64,000 bases of DNA, taken from positions 1,664,001 through 1,728,000 of the forward strand of contig CAXXLZ010000001.1 in the NCBI GenBank assembly GCA_963675595.2. The letters run 5' to 3'. The translations under genes were made by a program, and so were the position numbers. Origin of the DNA: Thermodesulfobacteriota bacterium (GTDB lineage: Bacteria > Desulfobacterota > Desulfarculia > JACQYL01). The notes beneath the pieces were generated by a model. It worked only from the letters and a program-made list of their open reading frames with translations, made no database searches and was not told the DNA's origin. Below are positions 41,801 to 51,421 of this stretch, in pieces. Each line of letters opens with the position of its first letter. Within the stretch, counting starts at the first letter, position 1.

Positions 41801-44155
41801 GGAGCCTCGGGCAAGTCCAGCGCCGCCGGCGCGGCCTACCTGTTCGAACGCAACGTCGGGGGAGCGGACAACTGGGGACAGGTGACAAAACTGCTGCCTT
41901 CGGACCCCTCCTCGAGCAGCTATTTCGGGGTTTCCGTTTCCATCAGCGGCGACACCATCCTGGTGGGCTGCGACGGCATCGACAACAACCGAGGGGCGGC
42001 CTATGTATTCCAGCGCAACTATGAGACCGCAGACGAATGGGGGTTGATCAAGAAGCTGGTCGCCTCCGAAAGAGCGGACCAGGATTTCTTCGGACGTGCG
42101 GTGGCCGTGGACGGGAACAAGGCCGTGATGGGCACACCGGGAGACGACGAGCTCGCCGCGTCCAATTGCGGCTCGGCCTTCTTCTTCCATGTGGACGTGG
42201 CGGGACTCACCTTGACCATGAGTGACGTTGAAGACCCTGTGATCCTGGAGCAGAGCGGCAACACGACCATCACCTATAATCTCACCGTATATAACAATGG
42301 TCCCTCCGCCGCTTCCTACGTCGCCCTGACGAATACCCTGCCGGATACCGGGGCGACCTTTGTTTCCGCCACACCGTCGCAGGGCTCCTGTGAACAATCC
42401 GCCGGAACCGTCACCTGCGATCTGGCGACGCTGGACAACGGAAGCAGCGCCACGGTGGCCATCGTTGTCGAACCCACGCAAACCGGCTGGTTCGAGAACT
42501 CCGCCCAGGTGATCTCCGCGAGTACGGACCCCGATTACAGCGACAACACGGCCAGTGAAACCACTCGCGTGGTCGTATACACCGACTTGGCCGTGTCCCA
42601 AACGGACAGCACCGATCCCATCCGGGTCGGAGATACATACACCTATACGGTCACCGTGGACAACAACGGACCGGAAAACGCCTACAACGTGGTGGTCACC
42701 GATACGTTGCCTTCGCAGGTTTCCTACGATTCGGCCAATCCTTCCCAGGGCAGCTGCGTAGAGGACTCAGGGACGGTGACCTGCACCTTCGGTCAGATCA
42801 ACAACGGAGCGGACGCCTATGTGGACATCCAGGTTTCGGCGGACCAGGACGGACAGGCACAAAACCAGGCGACGGTGAGTGCGGCCCACGTGGTGGATGA
42901 AACGCCGGGGAACGATACCACCCAGCTCACCACCCAGATCGACCCCGTAGCCGACCTGGGCGTGACCAAGACGGAGAGTGCGGATCCCGTCTACGCCCTC
43001 ACGAACCTCACCTACACCATTCAGGTGAGTAATGCCGGGCCTTCCACGGCCACGGAAGTGACCGTGACGGACACCTTGGATGCAAGCCTCACCTATGTGT
43101 CGGCAACTCCGTCGCAGGGAGACTGCAACCACGAGGCGGGAGTCGTGACCTGCGACTTGGGGAGCGTAAACCAGGGCGGAACCCCCACCATCGAGCTGGT
43201 GGTTCGACCCGCCCAGCCGCCCGGAGAAGATGCGAACTACACGGTCGACAATACGGCTCAAGTCTCATCCGCCGCGTACGACGGGAATTCGGCCAATGAC
43301 TCGGACACCGAATCCACAACCGTGAACCGCGCGGTGGCGCTGGTGGATTTGAGCATCACCAAGACCGACGGCGCCGATCCCGTACTGGTGGACTCCAATA
43401 TCACCTACACCATTACCGTGGCGAACGGCGGACCCGATGACGCCGAAGACGTCACCGTTTCCGATGTGCTGCCGCAGGGGCTCTCCTATGTCTCCGCCGA
43501 AGCGACCCAAGGAACCTGCGGCGAGGCGGGCGGCACCGTTACGTGCCAGGTGGGAACTTTGCTCAACGGGAACAACAGTGTAATTACCCTGGTGGTCACC
43601 GCGACTCAGGTGGGCCAAATCGAGAACACGGCTACGGTGGACACGAGTTCTTCGGATACGGCCTCGGGGAACGACTCGGCTTCGGAAACCACGGACGTCC
43701 AGGCACCACAGGCGGATCTGGCCGTCAGCGTCGTCGACGACCCGGACCCCGTGCAAATCTCGGCAAGCCTCACTTATACCGTCACCATCGACAACCTGGG
43801 ACCCCAGGACGCGGAAGACGTTACCTTGGCGGATACGCTGCCGGACCACTGCGTGTTCGTGTCCGCCACGCCTACCCAGGGAACCTGCTTTGAAGATTCG
43901 GGAGTGGTGACCTGCGACCTGGAAACTCTGGCCAACACCGCACAGGCGGTGGTCACCATTCAGGTAACTCCCCAGGCATCCGGCAACCTGTCGAACAATG
44001 CCGCCGTCGACGCCACCACTGCAGACCCCGACGGGTCCAACAATTCCGTTGTGACGTATACCTCGGCTGATTCGGACGATGACTTGATTACCATGATCAC
44101 GGGAATCATCCTGGCAATCAAGAAAAGGCAGCAGCAACAAGACCCACTGCCTTGA
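38894..44155 (+). CDS. Large surface protein: N-terminal domain, 14 FG-GAP repeats, 5 DUF11 (Ig-like) domains
   Basis: Signal peptide, YPITIDP, repeats FG.SVA.SGD..VVGAP...GAAY.F.RN.GG.D.WGQ, DL..T.TD..DP...Y...V.N.GP..A. Confidence 0.88.
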   Translation: MPPRNDTINYKQRDKTAAPIGEKSRTPFLSTILGVILLVSGAGPFTSAAAASHPESFAARIQHQKVIPAESPKSPLRFAGLGDNGRPSVNKPEAQDLPEGLRERIREEIAQTQFTARSLGAPASGPDGPAYEMVNRPNNVRIIFTREGLRLETPEAPANAGHIDIALDSWGRIGSEATASPTQPIGRGARVDYRRGVLTEWYINEKRGVEQGVTLSAPPEGQGSGDIRLRWRVSGSQGSLMRQDDQALVFLDPDGRVRLRYTGLTAWDASGKTLPVEMRLADSSASAGHEQIIVLEVDDRGAAYPITIDPFFTQLQKISASDAALDNEFGYATAMSGDLAVVGAPGNNSGAGAAYIFERNQGGKDSWGQVTKITASDGAGGDGFGTSVAVSGHTVVVGAPDDDGMGSAYVFERNSGGSDTWGQVSKITASDGATGDEFGASVAVSGDTVVVGAPSDESNTGAAYIFERNENGQDSWGQITKITASDGAGGDNFGTSVAISIDSVVAGSPGDDDGGESSGSMYVFARNQGGADSWGQVRKMVADDDAAGDALGTSVVIKGDVAAAGAPGSNSATGSAYVFYRNQGGVDNWGQVRQLLALDGETGDEFGHSLGFNGDWIVVGAYLEDDVASGAGSIYVFDRNQGGADNWGQMIKIQAGDAAMDDQFGFSVAIGGDTLISGANLNDDGYSASGSAYLFGIPALTAGNWGEVRRTVSQSPGDDEYLGSSVAISGDLAVVGAYLDGDQGTDAGAAYILERNQGGIDQWDLVMKISGSDTTGGDWFGTSVDIHGDVVVIGSPNHNTYAGAAYVFYRNQGGADNWGQVAKLSPGDLQVGDAFGVSVTVSGDVIVVGTPSDNDDVDDQITDVGSAYIFYRNQDGADNWGLLKKIHSGDSDQDDNFGNAVSLSGDTLAVGAWGDDAVAVDAGAAYVFRRNEGGADNWGQAAKLTAADAATQDYFSSTAVSVSNDTIVVGASGKSSAAGAAYLFERNVGGADNWGQVTKLLPSDPSSSSYFGVSVSISGDTILVGCDGIDNNRGAAYVFQRNYETADEWGLIKKLVASERADQDFFGRAVAVDGNKAVMGTPGDDELAASNCGSAFFFHVDVAGLTLTMSDVEDPVILEQSGNTTITYNLTVYNNGPSAASYVALTNTLPDTGATFVSATPSQGSCEQSAGTVTCDLATLDNGSSATVAIVVEPTQTGWFENSAQVISASTDPDYSDNTASETTRVVVYTDLAVSQTDSTDPIRVGDTYTYTVTVDNNGPENAYNVVVTDTLPSQVSYDSANPSQGSCVEDSGTVTCTFGQINNGADAYVDIQVSADQDGQAQNQATVSAAHVVDETPGNDTTQLTTQIDPVADLGVTKTESADPVYALTNLTYTIQVSNAGPSTATEVTVTDTLDASLTYVSATPSQGDCNHEAGVVTCDLGSVNQGGTPTIELVVRPAQPPGEDANYTVDNTAQVSSAAYDGNSANDSDTESTTVNRAVALVDLSITKTDGADPVLVDSNITYTITVANGGPDDAEDVTVSDVLPQGLSYVSAEATQGTCGEAGGTVTCQVGTLLNGNNSVITLVVTATQVGQIENTATVDTSSSDTASGNDSASETTDVQAPQADLAVSVVDDPDPVQISASLTYTVTIDNLGPQDAEDVTLADTLPDHCVFVSATPTQGTCFEDSGVVTCDLETLANTAQAVVTIQVTPQASGNLSNNAAVDATTADPDGSNNSVVTYTSADSDDDLITMITGIILAIKKRQQQQDPLP

Positions 44156-44177
44156 GTTCATCGGGGGGCCGCCTTAC

Positions 44178-44300
44178 CAGGCTGTTGAAAAACGCGATCT
44201 GCGGCGTTGCGCTTCATCACTCGTCACTGCGACGTACTCTATGTACGTCTCATTCCTCAGGATTTGCGCGCCTTGCATCTCATCGTTTTTCAGCAGCCTG
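44178..44300. mobile_element. MITE-like non-autonomous element
   Basis: Terminal inverted repeats caggctgttgaaaaac / gtttttcagcagcctg (1 mismatch), no transposase; second degenerate end to about 44327. Confidence 0.78.
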
Positions 44301-44539
44301 CAGCAACCGGCTTTTTTCGACGGGCTGTTGTGGTCCCCCGTTCTTTTTCCCTTGCCGAACGGCTCTCAACCGTTGTAGAAGCCGCCCGGAATTCCCACCT
44401 TCTTCATTCGCCGTATCCATATGGCAAGACTGCCGGGATCGGTCCGGGAAGCGTTCCGCCCCTCAGCGGACACGTTTGCATGCTCCCTGTGATCTCCCGA
44501 CGCGCTGAACCAGGCATTGAAAGAAGCCTTGAAGGGGCT

Positions 44540-45793
44540 TCAAGAATCTTCTTCGATCAACCCGGATCGCTGATCGGATGAGCGGTCCACAGAACCTGTT
44601 TGTCCCTTGTATCGTCTATCTCTCTTTTCCACCGCCGACCAGACGAATTCCTGAAAGAGAACTCTCACGATACACGCCGTCGGAACGGCCACCACCATGC
44701 CCATGATGCCGAATTGAGCGCCCACCACGAGAGCCAGTATGATCAGCAAAGGATGAAGCCCCGCCCCCTTGCCCACGATTTTCGGCTGCAATACGAACCC
44801 CTCAATGGCTTGGATCAGGGCGAATAATCCGACCACTCCCAACAAAGCCGCGATCTTTGCGTTCCACGAGGCTCCTCCACTGAACAAGACAATGAGCAAA
44901 GCCGGGGTCACGCCGATGATGGACCCTAAGTACGGAACGAAGCCGGCAACGCCGGCAACGGCTCCGATAAGGATGCAATAGTTGCGCAGAGCGGGAAATC
45001 CGATGAAACTCATGACGAACAGCCCCACCGCGAACAAACCACCTACAATGCCCGCCACGGTCAATTGGCCTCGAAGAAAGCCGCCCACCGCAGTGTCCAA
45101 TTTCTTGAACACGTCCTGCGCGGTATCTCTGTATTTGGGCGGTGCCAGCTTGTTCAATATGGGGCCGATCTTCTCCCAATCCAGGATCAGGTAGAAGTTG
45201 ATCACCACTACGAACGCCACGAACGAGAAAAATCCCGCCACGGATCCTATGCTGCTGAACAAAGCGCGGCTCACAACGCCAAAGGCTTCAAAGCCCCCGC
45301 TCGCCACTTGTTTGACTGCCGGCACCAAGGCGTCGGCGATTCTCCGATAATCGATCTCCACACGGCTCAACCTATCCCGCAGAGACTCGATCAACTGCCG
45401 ATCAACTTTGAAGTACCGGTTTTCAGACAACGTATCGAGCCATACGGGCAAGGCCTTGTTCAACGTCTGGAAAAGATCGATCATTTGGGAGAGGACAATG
45501 GGTACGAGGTAGGTCAAGAGTAGGAAAACCACAAGCAGGATGACGAGGTTCACGATCAATGTGCCCATTACCCGTCCCAACTTGAGCTTTCGCTGAATGC
45601 TGACCACAATGGGCGACAGAATATAGGCCAAAATCAAAGCCACAAGGAACGGTGACAACACTCGAAAAAAGAACGCGAGGGATTTGGCGAAAAGAGAGAA
45701 AGTATGGAATGCGAGCACCAATAGGGTCATCACGGCGATGGCATAGACCATTCCCCTGAACAAAGGACTGTCGATCTTCCATTCCGAACTCAT
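44540..45793 (-). CDS. AI-2E (PerM) family transporter
   Basis: PFLVALILAYILSP, GGFLRGQL, FVPYLG, EGFVLQPKIVG, GLHPL. Confidence 0.92.
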   Translation of the reverse strand: MSSEWKIDSPLFRGMVYAIAVMTLLVLAFHTFSLFAKSLAFFFRVLSPFLVALILAYILSPIVVSIQRKLKLGRVMGTLIVNLVILLVVFLLLTYLVPIVLSQMIDLFQTLNKALPVWLDTLSENRYFKVDRQLIESLRDRLSRVEIDYRRIADALVPAVKQVASGGFEAFGVVSRALFSSIGSVAGFFSFVAFVVVINFYLILDWEKIGPILNKLAPPKYRDTAQDVFKKLDTAVGGFLRGQLTVAGIVGGLFAVGLFVMSFIGFPALRNYCILIGAVAGVAGFVPYLGSIIGVTPALLIVLFSGGASWNAKIAALLGVVGLFALIQAIEGFVLQPKIVGKGAGLHPLLIILALVVGAQFGIMGMVVAVPTACIVRVLFQEFVWSAVEKRDRRYKGQTGSVDRSSDQRSGLIEEDS

Positions 45794-45881
45794 CGTTTCC
45801 TTTCCAAAGCCTTTGACCGCTTTCGGCATGAACGCCCGGCCGTGGGTCGCGCACGAAGCGCCGTCGAAACGTGCGGCGATG

Positions 45882-48566
45882 CTAATCGAACTCCGCCCGA
45901 TCAAGATCAATGTTCAGTTCGTATTCATGCGTGCCCGGAACCAGATGTGTTGAAAAACCCAACTTACGTCCCAATTCGAGCATCCTTGAGTTTTCCTGAA
46001 GCACAGTGCCCCAAACATGCCGGATCCCCAGTTTCTTGGCCGACTTGAGACATTTCTTTAGCAGTTCGGCTCCCACTCCTTTCCCCTGCCAGGGGTCTCC
46101 CACCAGAACCGCAAACTCGGCGCCGTCCTTCTCGGCCCCCGCGATGACACGAGCCACTCCCAGCATCCGTTCCTCTCCCTCGATGGTTTTGAGAGCCACC
46201 AGAGCAATCTCGCGGTCATAATCGATCTGAGTGAAACGCGCCAGCATCTTCTGGGGCAAGGATTCCAGATATCCCATGAAACGGAAGTAGATGCTCGTCT
46301 TGGACAGGGCTTCGAACAATTCCACCAACAACGGCGCATCTTCCGGCTTTATGGGGCGAAGGAAAATCGGCATTCCCTCGGAAGTGGTCACCTCATATTC
46401 CTGTTGACTCGGATAAGGACTGACCACCAAGTGAAGCGGAGAGACGACCTCCGTGGGCTCCAGAATCACCCTCGCGTCCACGGCACATGGTTTCCCTTCG
46501 AAGATAAGAACGGGATTCATGTCCAACTCGGAAATCTCCGGGAAATCGATCAACAGATCGGACAACCTCAGGACCATCTCCTCCATGGCGCCCATGTCCG
46601 CCGGGGGCAGGTTCCGGAATCCTTTGAGCAGGCGTGCCACGCGTGTCTTCTCGATCAGCCGCCTTACAAGTAGTCGATTCAGAGGAGGTAAAGCCACGGC
46701 GGTATCTTTGAGCACTTCCGTGAGTATGCCTCCCAACCCGAATACAATCACGGGACCGAAATCTTCGTCCCTTTTCGCACCAAGAAGGACCTCATATTCG
46801 CCCTTTTGAATCATGCTCTGAAGGGTGACCCCCAGAATGCGGGCTTGGGGATCATGTCTTCGGGCGTTCTCCAATATCTCGCGATGGGCCGCGCGAACAT
46901 CATCCTCACTCCCGAGGTTCAAGCGCACTCCTCCCACATCGGACTTATGCGAAATATCCGGCGAGTTCAGTTTCATGGCCAAAGGGTATCCCATTTGAGC
47001 ACCGATCCGCACGGCCTCCTCCTCCGATTCGGCCTGTTCCGTCCGGTTCACGGGTATGCCGTAGGCTTCCAGCAATTTCTTGGACTCCACTTCCGTAAGA
47101 AGCCGTCTTCCGCTGCGGAGCACCTCATCAACGACCCGCCGAGCCCGAGTCTGCTCTCTGGGGAAAGGCCCTGCCGGGCCGGGGGGAATTTGCTGCAGCA
47201 TTTCCATCTTACGGTTGTATTCCACCATGAGCATAAAGGCCTTCACAGCGCGCTCCGGTGTCGAATAGGTGGGCACCTGCCCCTCGTTGAGCAATTCCAT
47301 GCTCGGTTCAACCCACCTGCCCCCCATCCAACAGGCGAAGACGGGACGTGAAATGTTTTGCGCGCTCTCTTTGACCGCCCGAGCCACCTCGGTGGGGTCG
47401 GTCATGGCTTGTGGAGCCAGAATGGCAAGGACGCCGTCGACGTCCTCGGCCCGAATGCAGATATCGAGTGCTCTGCGATAACGTTCCGAGGTCGCGTCAC
47501 CCAAAACGTCCACGGGATTCCGCCGACTCCAATAAGGCGGCAGCACTTTGTCCAATTCTCCCATTGTCCGGTCGTTCAGCTCCGCAGGTTCAACTCCGAA
47601 TGACGCCAGGGCGTCCGCGGCCATCACTCCCGGTCCCCCCGCATTGGTAATCACGGCCAAACGCGATCCTTTGGGGCGCGGTACCTTGGCCGCCGGTTCC
47701 GCCACGTCGAACAGATCCTGAATCGTATCCACGCGAAGAATTCCCGCCCTTTCAAAGGCCGCATCGTACACCGTGTCTTCTCCGGTCATGGCTCCCGTGT
47801 GGGAGGCCGCGGCTTTGGAACCCGCAGCGCTCCTTCCCGCCTTGAGCACGATGATCGGTTTCACCCGGGAAACGGCTCTGGCCGCACTCATGAACTTACG
47901 AACCTGGGTCAGGCTTTCGATGTACAGAAGGATGCTCTTCACCTGTCCTAAGTTCCCAAGATAATCGACGAAATCTCCGAAATCCACATCCAGCATGGAG
48001 CCCACACTAACGAAATGGCTGAAGCCGATGCCTTCCTTGAGCGACCAGTCCAGGATGGCCGAGCAGATAGCGCCGCTTTGAGACACGAACGCCAGATTCC
48101 CCGCCCTCGGACTTTGGTTGGCAAAACTAGCATTGAGCAAGCTTCCGGGAGCCATAAGGCCCATGCAGTTCGGCCCCACAATTCGCAACTCGCTTCCTTC
48201 CGCGGCCTCTCTGATCCGTGCTTCAATACGCCTGCCTTGTTCTCCGATTTCTTTGCCTCCCGCGGAGAAGATCACGCATCCGGAGGCTCCGATACGCACA
48301 CAGTCTCGGACGACCTCGGGGACACCCGCAATCGGGACCGCAATGAGAACCAATTCAACCGATTCACCGATATCGCTCAGGGAGGCAAAAGACTTTATCC
48401 CATGAATATTCTTGTAGTTGGGATTTACAGGAAAAATTGCTCTCCGTTCTCTCCCCTCCAGGAGATTCTTCATCAGGGCATCGCCGATGACGGACGGACG
48501 TTCCGTCGCACCCACCAAAGCCACCGACTTGGGGCTGAATATTCGATCCAGATTCATAATTCCCAT
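45882..48566 (-). CDS. ADP-forming acyl-CoA synthetase-like / GNAT fusion (Pat/PatZ-like protein lysine acetyltransferase)
   Basis: GPNCMG, SQSGA, ASHTGA, NAGGPG, HKSDVGGV, DFGPVI, C-terminal TQIDYDREIA...WQGKGVG GNAT. Confidence 0.92.
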   Translation of the reverse strand: MGIMNLDRIFSPKSVALVGATERPSVIGDALMKNLLEGRERRAIFPVNPNYKNIHGIKSFASLSDIGESVELVLIAVPIAGVPEVVRDCVRIGASGCVIFSAGGKEIGEQGRRIEARIREAAEGSELRIVGPNCMGLMAPGSLLNASFANQSPRAGNLAFVSQSGAICSAILDWSLKEGIGFSHFVSVGSMLDVDFGDFVDYLGNLGQVKSILLYIESLTQVRKFMSAARAVSRVKPIIVLKAGRSAAGSKAAASHTGAMTGEDTVYDAAFERAGILRVDTIQDLFDVAEPAAKVPRPKGSRLAVITNAGGPGVMAADALASFGVEPAELNDRTMGELDKVLPPYWSRRNPVDVLGDATSERYRRALDICIRAEDVDGVLAILAPQAMTDPTEVARAVKESAQNISRPVFACWMGGRWVEPSMELLNEGQVPTYSTPERAVKAFMLMVEYNRKMEMLQQIPPGPAGPFPREQTRARRVVDEVLRSGRRLLTEVESKKLLEAYGIPVNRTEQAESEEEAVRIGAQMGYPLAMKLNSPDISHKSDVGGVRLNLGSEDDVRAAHREILENARRHDPQARILGVTLQSMIQKGEYEVLLGAKRDEDFGPVIVFGLGGILTEVLKDTAVALPPLNRLLVRRLIEKTRVARLLKGFRNLPPADMGAMEEMVLRLSDLLIDFPEISELDMNPVLIFEGKPCAVDARVILEPTEVVSPLHLVVSPYPSQQEYEVTTSEGMPIFLRPIKPEDAPLLVELFEALSKTSIYFRFMGYLESLPQKMLARFTQIDYDREIALVALKTIEGEERMLGVARVIAGAEKDGAEFAVLVGDPWQGKGVGAELLKKCLKSAKKLGIRHVWGTVLQENSRMLELGRKLGFSTHLVPGTHEYELNIDLDRAEFD

Positions 48567-48622
48567 CTATGTCTCCGTTCCTTCCTGCAATTCCGAGATT
48601 CCGCTCCGCGAGAACGTTCCGA

Positions 48623-51421
48623 TCATCTATCCTCGGTACCTACGAGAAGAGCGACGGGAAACCGGCGTATAACGCCGGACAAGCTGAGCTCACGGGAAGA
48701 CGAAACAGTCTCTCCCGTAAACCGATTCCGCCACAGTTTAGGGGCCTCGCTCGGCAGGATCAGAGCCGTGTCTTCCCAGCCTTCCTTTCCCAAAGGATAT
48801 TTCCCACATTCCAACCAAGAGGAACAAAATCTAGGCACAACCGTATAAATCCAGGTTCCCCCTATTTCCCGTGCGTACGAAACCACGTGCTCCGCACGCA
48901 AGCCTGAGGCGTCCCCCGGAACATACCGACCGTTCATGAAAACGGAAGGAAACTCTTTCCTGACCTCAAGCGCTTTGTGAATGACATACAGCTTGATTCC
49001 ACCGTCCACGAGATTCGCCGACAATTCCTTACAAAGGGTCGGTGCATCGGCCTCTCGGCGTTCCTTAAGGTCCTTGAGCATGGCGTGTCTCTTTGCGTAA
49101 TCCACGGGTCTGCGGTTGTCCGGGTCCACCAGGCTTAAATCCCAAAGCTCCGTTCCCTGGTAAATATCCGGCACGCCCGGGGCCGTCAGCTTGATGAGCG
49201 TTTGGGCAAGGGAGTTCAGTACCCCCCAATGGGAAACAACCTTTCCCATGTCCGCAAGGCTCTCCTGCAGGCGTTCCCCGTCTTCACCACGAAGAGATGC
49301 CTCCACGAACTCCAGGAAAGCCTTTTCGTAATCCAAATCCGGGCTGAGCCAGTTGGTGTGTACCTTGGCCTCCCTCACCGACTTGATGACGTATTCCTTT
49401 ACGCGTTCCCCAAAGGAATCGTGATCTTCCTCCAGAAAGGGACGGGCACCAAGCACAGTCTGTAGAAAGAAGTACCGATCGTTGTCATCGGGCACTTTCG
49501 TATCGTCATCCTCTTCGGGAGGCGGGGCTTCTTCCTTGAGACTCCGCAAAACACCGGACCATTCGGCGGGCATTTCGGAAAGCACGTTAAGGCGCGCTCT
49601 CACATCCTCACCGCGTTTGGTGTCGTGTGTGGCCGTGGCGTTCATGGTATGAGGCCACCGGAGCGCACGCGCGGCCATGGCTTCATGAAAGGAAGAGAGT
49701 GAGACGCCGAAGCTGCCCGGGAATCCCCCTACTTCGTTCAACGACAACAGGCGGTTGTAAACATAGAGCGCCGTATCTTCCAGCCCTTTTGCCATCAACG
49801 GGCCGCTCAGTTGCTGGAAACGCATGACGAAACGGACCCATTTATCCCGGTATTCCGCCTGAGTCCCATCGCCGAATTCGAGCAAAAGGAATCTCTCCAG
49901 GAAACGGATTTCATGGGCAAGTTCCGGGTTCGCCCGAAGCGCCCTTCCGGTCGCCGCGCGGACATGAGCACGGTCCGTCTCGCTGATGCCGCCGGGGCGG
50001 ATATAGGTCCTGTAAACCGGCAGGTAGGCGAGGACCTCCATCAGGACCCGACGGATGCCGTAGATGGTGATATCGTAGCCGTGGCGGTCTCTCGAGGCCA
50101 ATTCTTTGAAAAGCAACGCCAGGTTGTCCAAATCACCCGCCATGCGCTTGCCGAGAATGAGCTTCTTTTTCTCGTATACCACGTCCTCGAAGGACCCTTT
50201 CACCTGTGTGAATGCGCCGTAGACGTCTTTGAATTTCTTTTTGTTATCCTGTTTGCAGAACAATCCGTTGACCTGATTCAGAAAATCATACCCGGTGGTG
50301 CCTTGCACCGGCCAGGAAGCGCACAGCTCCTCATCGGGCTCCAATATCTTCTCGACAACAAGATAGAGGTCGCCGATCCGTTTTCTGATTTCTTCCAGAT
50401 AGGTCGAAGGGTCATACAACCCATCGATATGGTCGACCCTTATTCCGGTAAATTTGCCTTCCCCCACCAATTTCAGAATCAGAGCATGCGTGGTTTCGAG
50501 AACCTCGGGTTCCTCCAATCTCAGAGAAATCAGTTCATTAATGGTGAAGAATCGGCGATAGTTGATCTCTTCGGTGGCCACTTTCCAGAAGGACAGCCTA
50601 AAGAACTGTCGGGCCAGTAACCGGTCCATCAAATCATAGCTTTCGGAGCGCCCTTTGGTCCCGTTATGCGCGGCCACGCTTTCCAGGACGAACTCCCGAA
50701 TTGTCGGGTTGCGTTTATAAAGCTCCCATAGAACGCCTTTGATGAAACGTGCCTGAGCGGTGCGTTCCTCCACGTCCCCTTCTTCCGGAAGAGCTTGCAG
50801 GACGTGAACAATCCCGAAAAGTCGTGCGTAATCCGGGTCGTCCACGCCAAGTTTCGCCTTCAAATGGTCCAATCGATATTTGAGGACCATGGGATAGGAC
50901 CGAAGATTCAGAGGAAACGAGGTATCATAATACCGGATTCTGAATCCTTCCGATTCATAACTTAGCCGGATATTTCCGTTTTCCAGGGCTTCCCGATAGA
51001 ACGTGCCGAGAAAAGGCGCCAACACTCTCCCTTTGACGGCACCGTAGGCGTGCTCCCAGTCCACGTCAAAGAAACGGAAAAACCTGGACAGGGGACCGTT
51101 TTCCAGAACGTCCGCCAACATATGGTTCGCTTGATGAAATGCCATGTGATTGGGAACGATGTCTTGAATCCACCCCATATCGTGTTTTTTCAGCTCTTCA
51201 AACAGGAGATCGAATTCCCTCCGAGTCCCCAGTTCGGGATTCAGAGCACACGGGTCCACCACGTCATACCCGTGCGTACTTCCTTTTCTGGCTCGGAACA
51301 CGGGCGAAGCGTACAAATCGGTGATGCCCAGTTCCGACAGATAGGGAATCACCTGCTTGAGGGCTCGAAAGCCGAAATCAGGGGTCAACTGGACTCGATA
51401 GGTGGCGGACGGCACTCGCAT
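48623..51421 (-). CDS. treY: Malto-oligosyltrehalose synthase
   Basis: ATYRVQL, GSTHGYDVVD, DIVPNHM, NYRRFF, RVDHIDGL, THDTKRGED, SLVDPDNRRPVDY; ATG after ggaggga. Confidence 0.95.
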   Translation of the reverse strand: MRVPSATYRVQLTPDFGFRALKQVIPYLSELGITDLYASPVFRARKGSTHGYDVVDPCALNPELGTRREFDLLFEELKKHDMGWIQDIVPNHMAFHQANHMLADVLENGPLSRFFRFFDVDWEHAYGAVKGRVLAPFLGTFYREALENGNIRLSYESEGFRIRYYDTSFPLNLRSYPMVLKYRLDHLKAKLGVDDPDYARLFGIVHVLQALPEEGDVEERTAQARFIKGVLWELYKRNPTIREFVLESVAAHNGTKGRSESYDLMDRLLARQFFRLSFWKVATEEINYRRFFTINELISLRLEEPEVLETTHALILKLVGEGKFTGIRVDHIDGLYDPSTYLEEIRKRIGDLYLVVEKILEPDEELCASWPVQGTTGYDFLNQVNGLFCKQDNKKKFKDVYGAFTQVKGSFEDVVYEKKKLILGKRMAGDLDNLALLFKELASRDRHGYDITIYGIRRVLMEVLAYLPVYRTYIRPGGISETDRAHVRAATGRALRANPELAHEIRFLERFLLLEFGDGTQAEYRDKWVRFVMRFQQLSGPLMAKGLEDTALYVYNRLLSLNEVGGFPGSFGVSLSSFHEAMAARALRWPHTMNATATHDTKRGEDVRARLNVLSEMPAEWSGVLRSLKEEAPPPEEDDDTKVPDDNDRYFFLQTVLGARPFLEEDHDSFGERVKEYVIKSVREAKVHTNWLSPDLDYEKAFLEFVEASLRGEDGERLQESLADMGKVVSHWGVLNSLAQTLIKLTAPGVPDIYQGTELWDLSLVDPDNRRPVDYAKRHAMLKDLKERREADAPTLCKELSANLVDGGIKLYVIHKALEVRKEFPSVFMNGRYVPGDASGLRAEHVVSYAREIGGTWIYTVVPRFCSSWLECGKYPLGKEGWEDTALILPSEAPKLWRNRFTGETVSSSRELSLSGVIRRFPVALLVGTEDR

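Noticed and set aside
44152-44508. 118-aa ORF
   Set aside because: Translation of the MITE sequence
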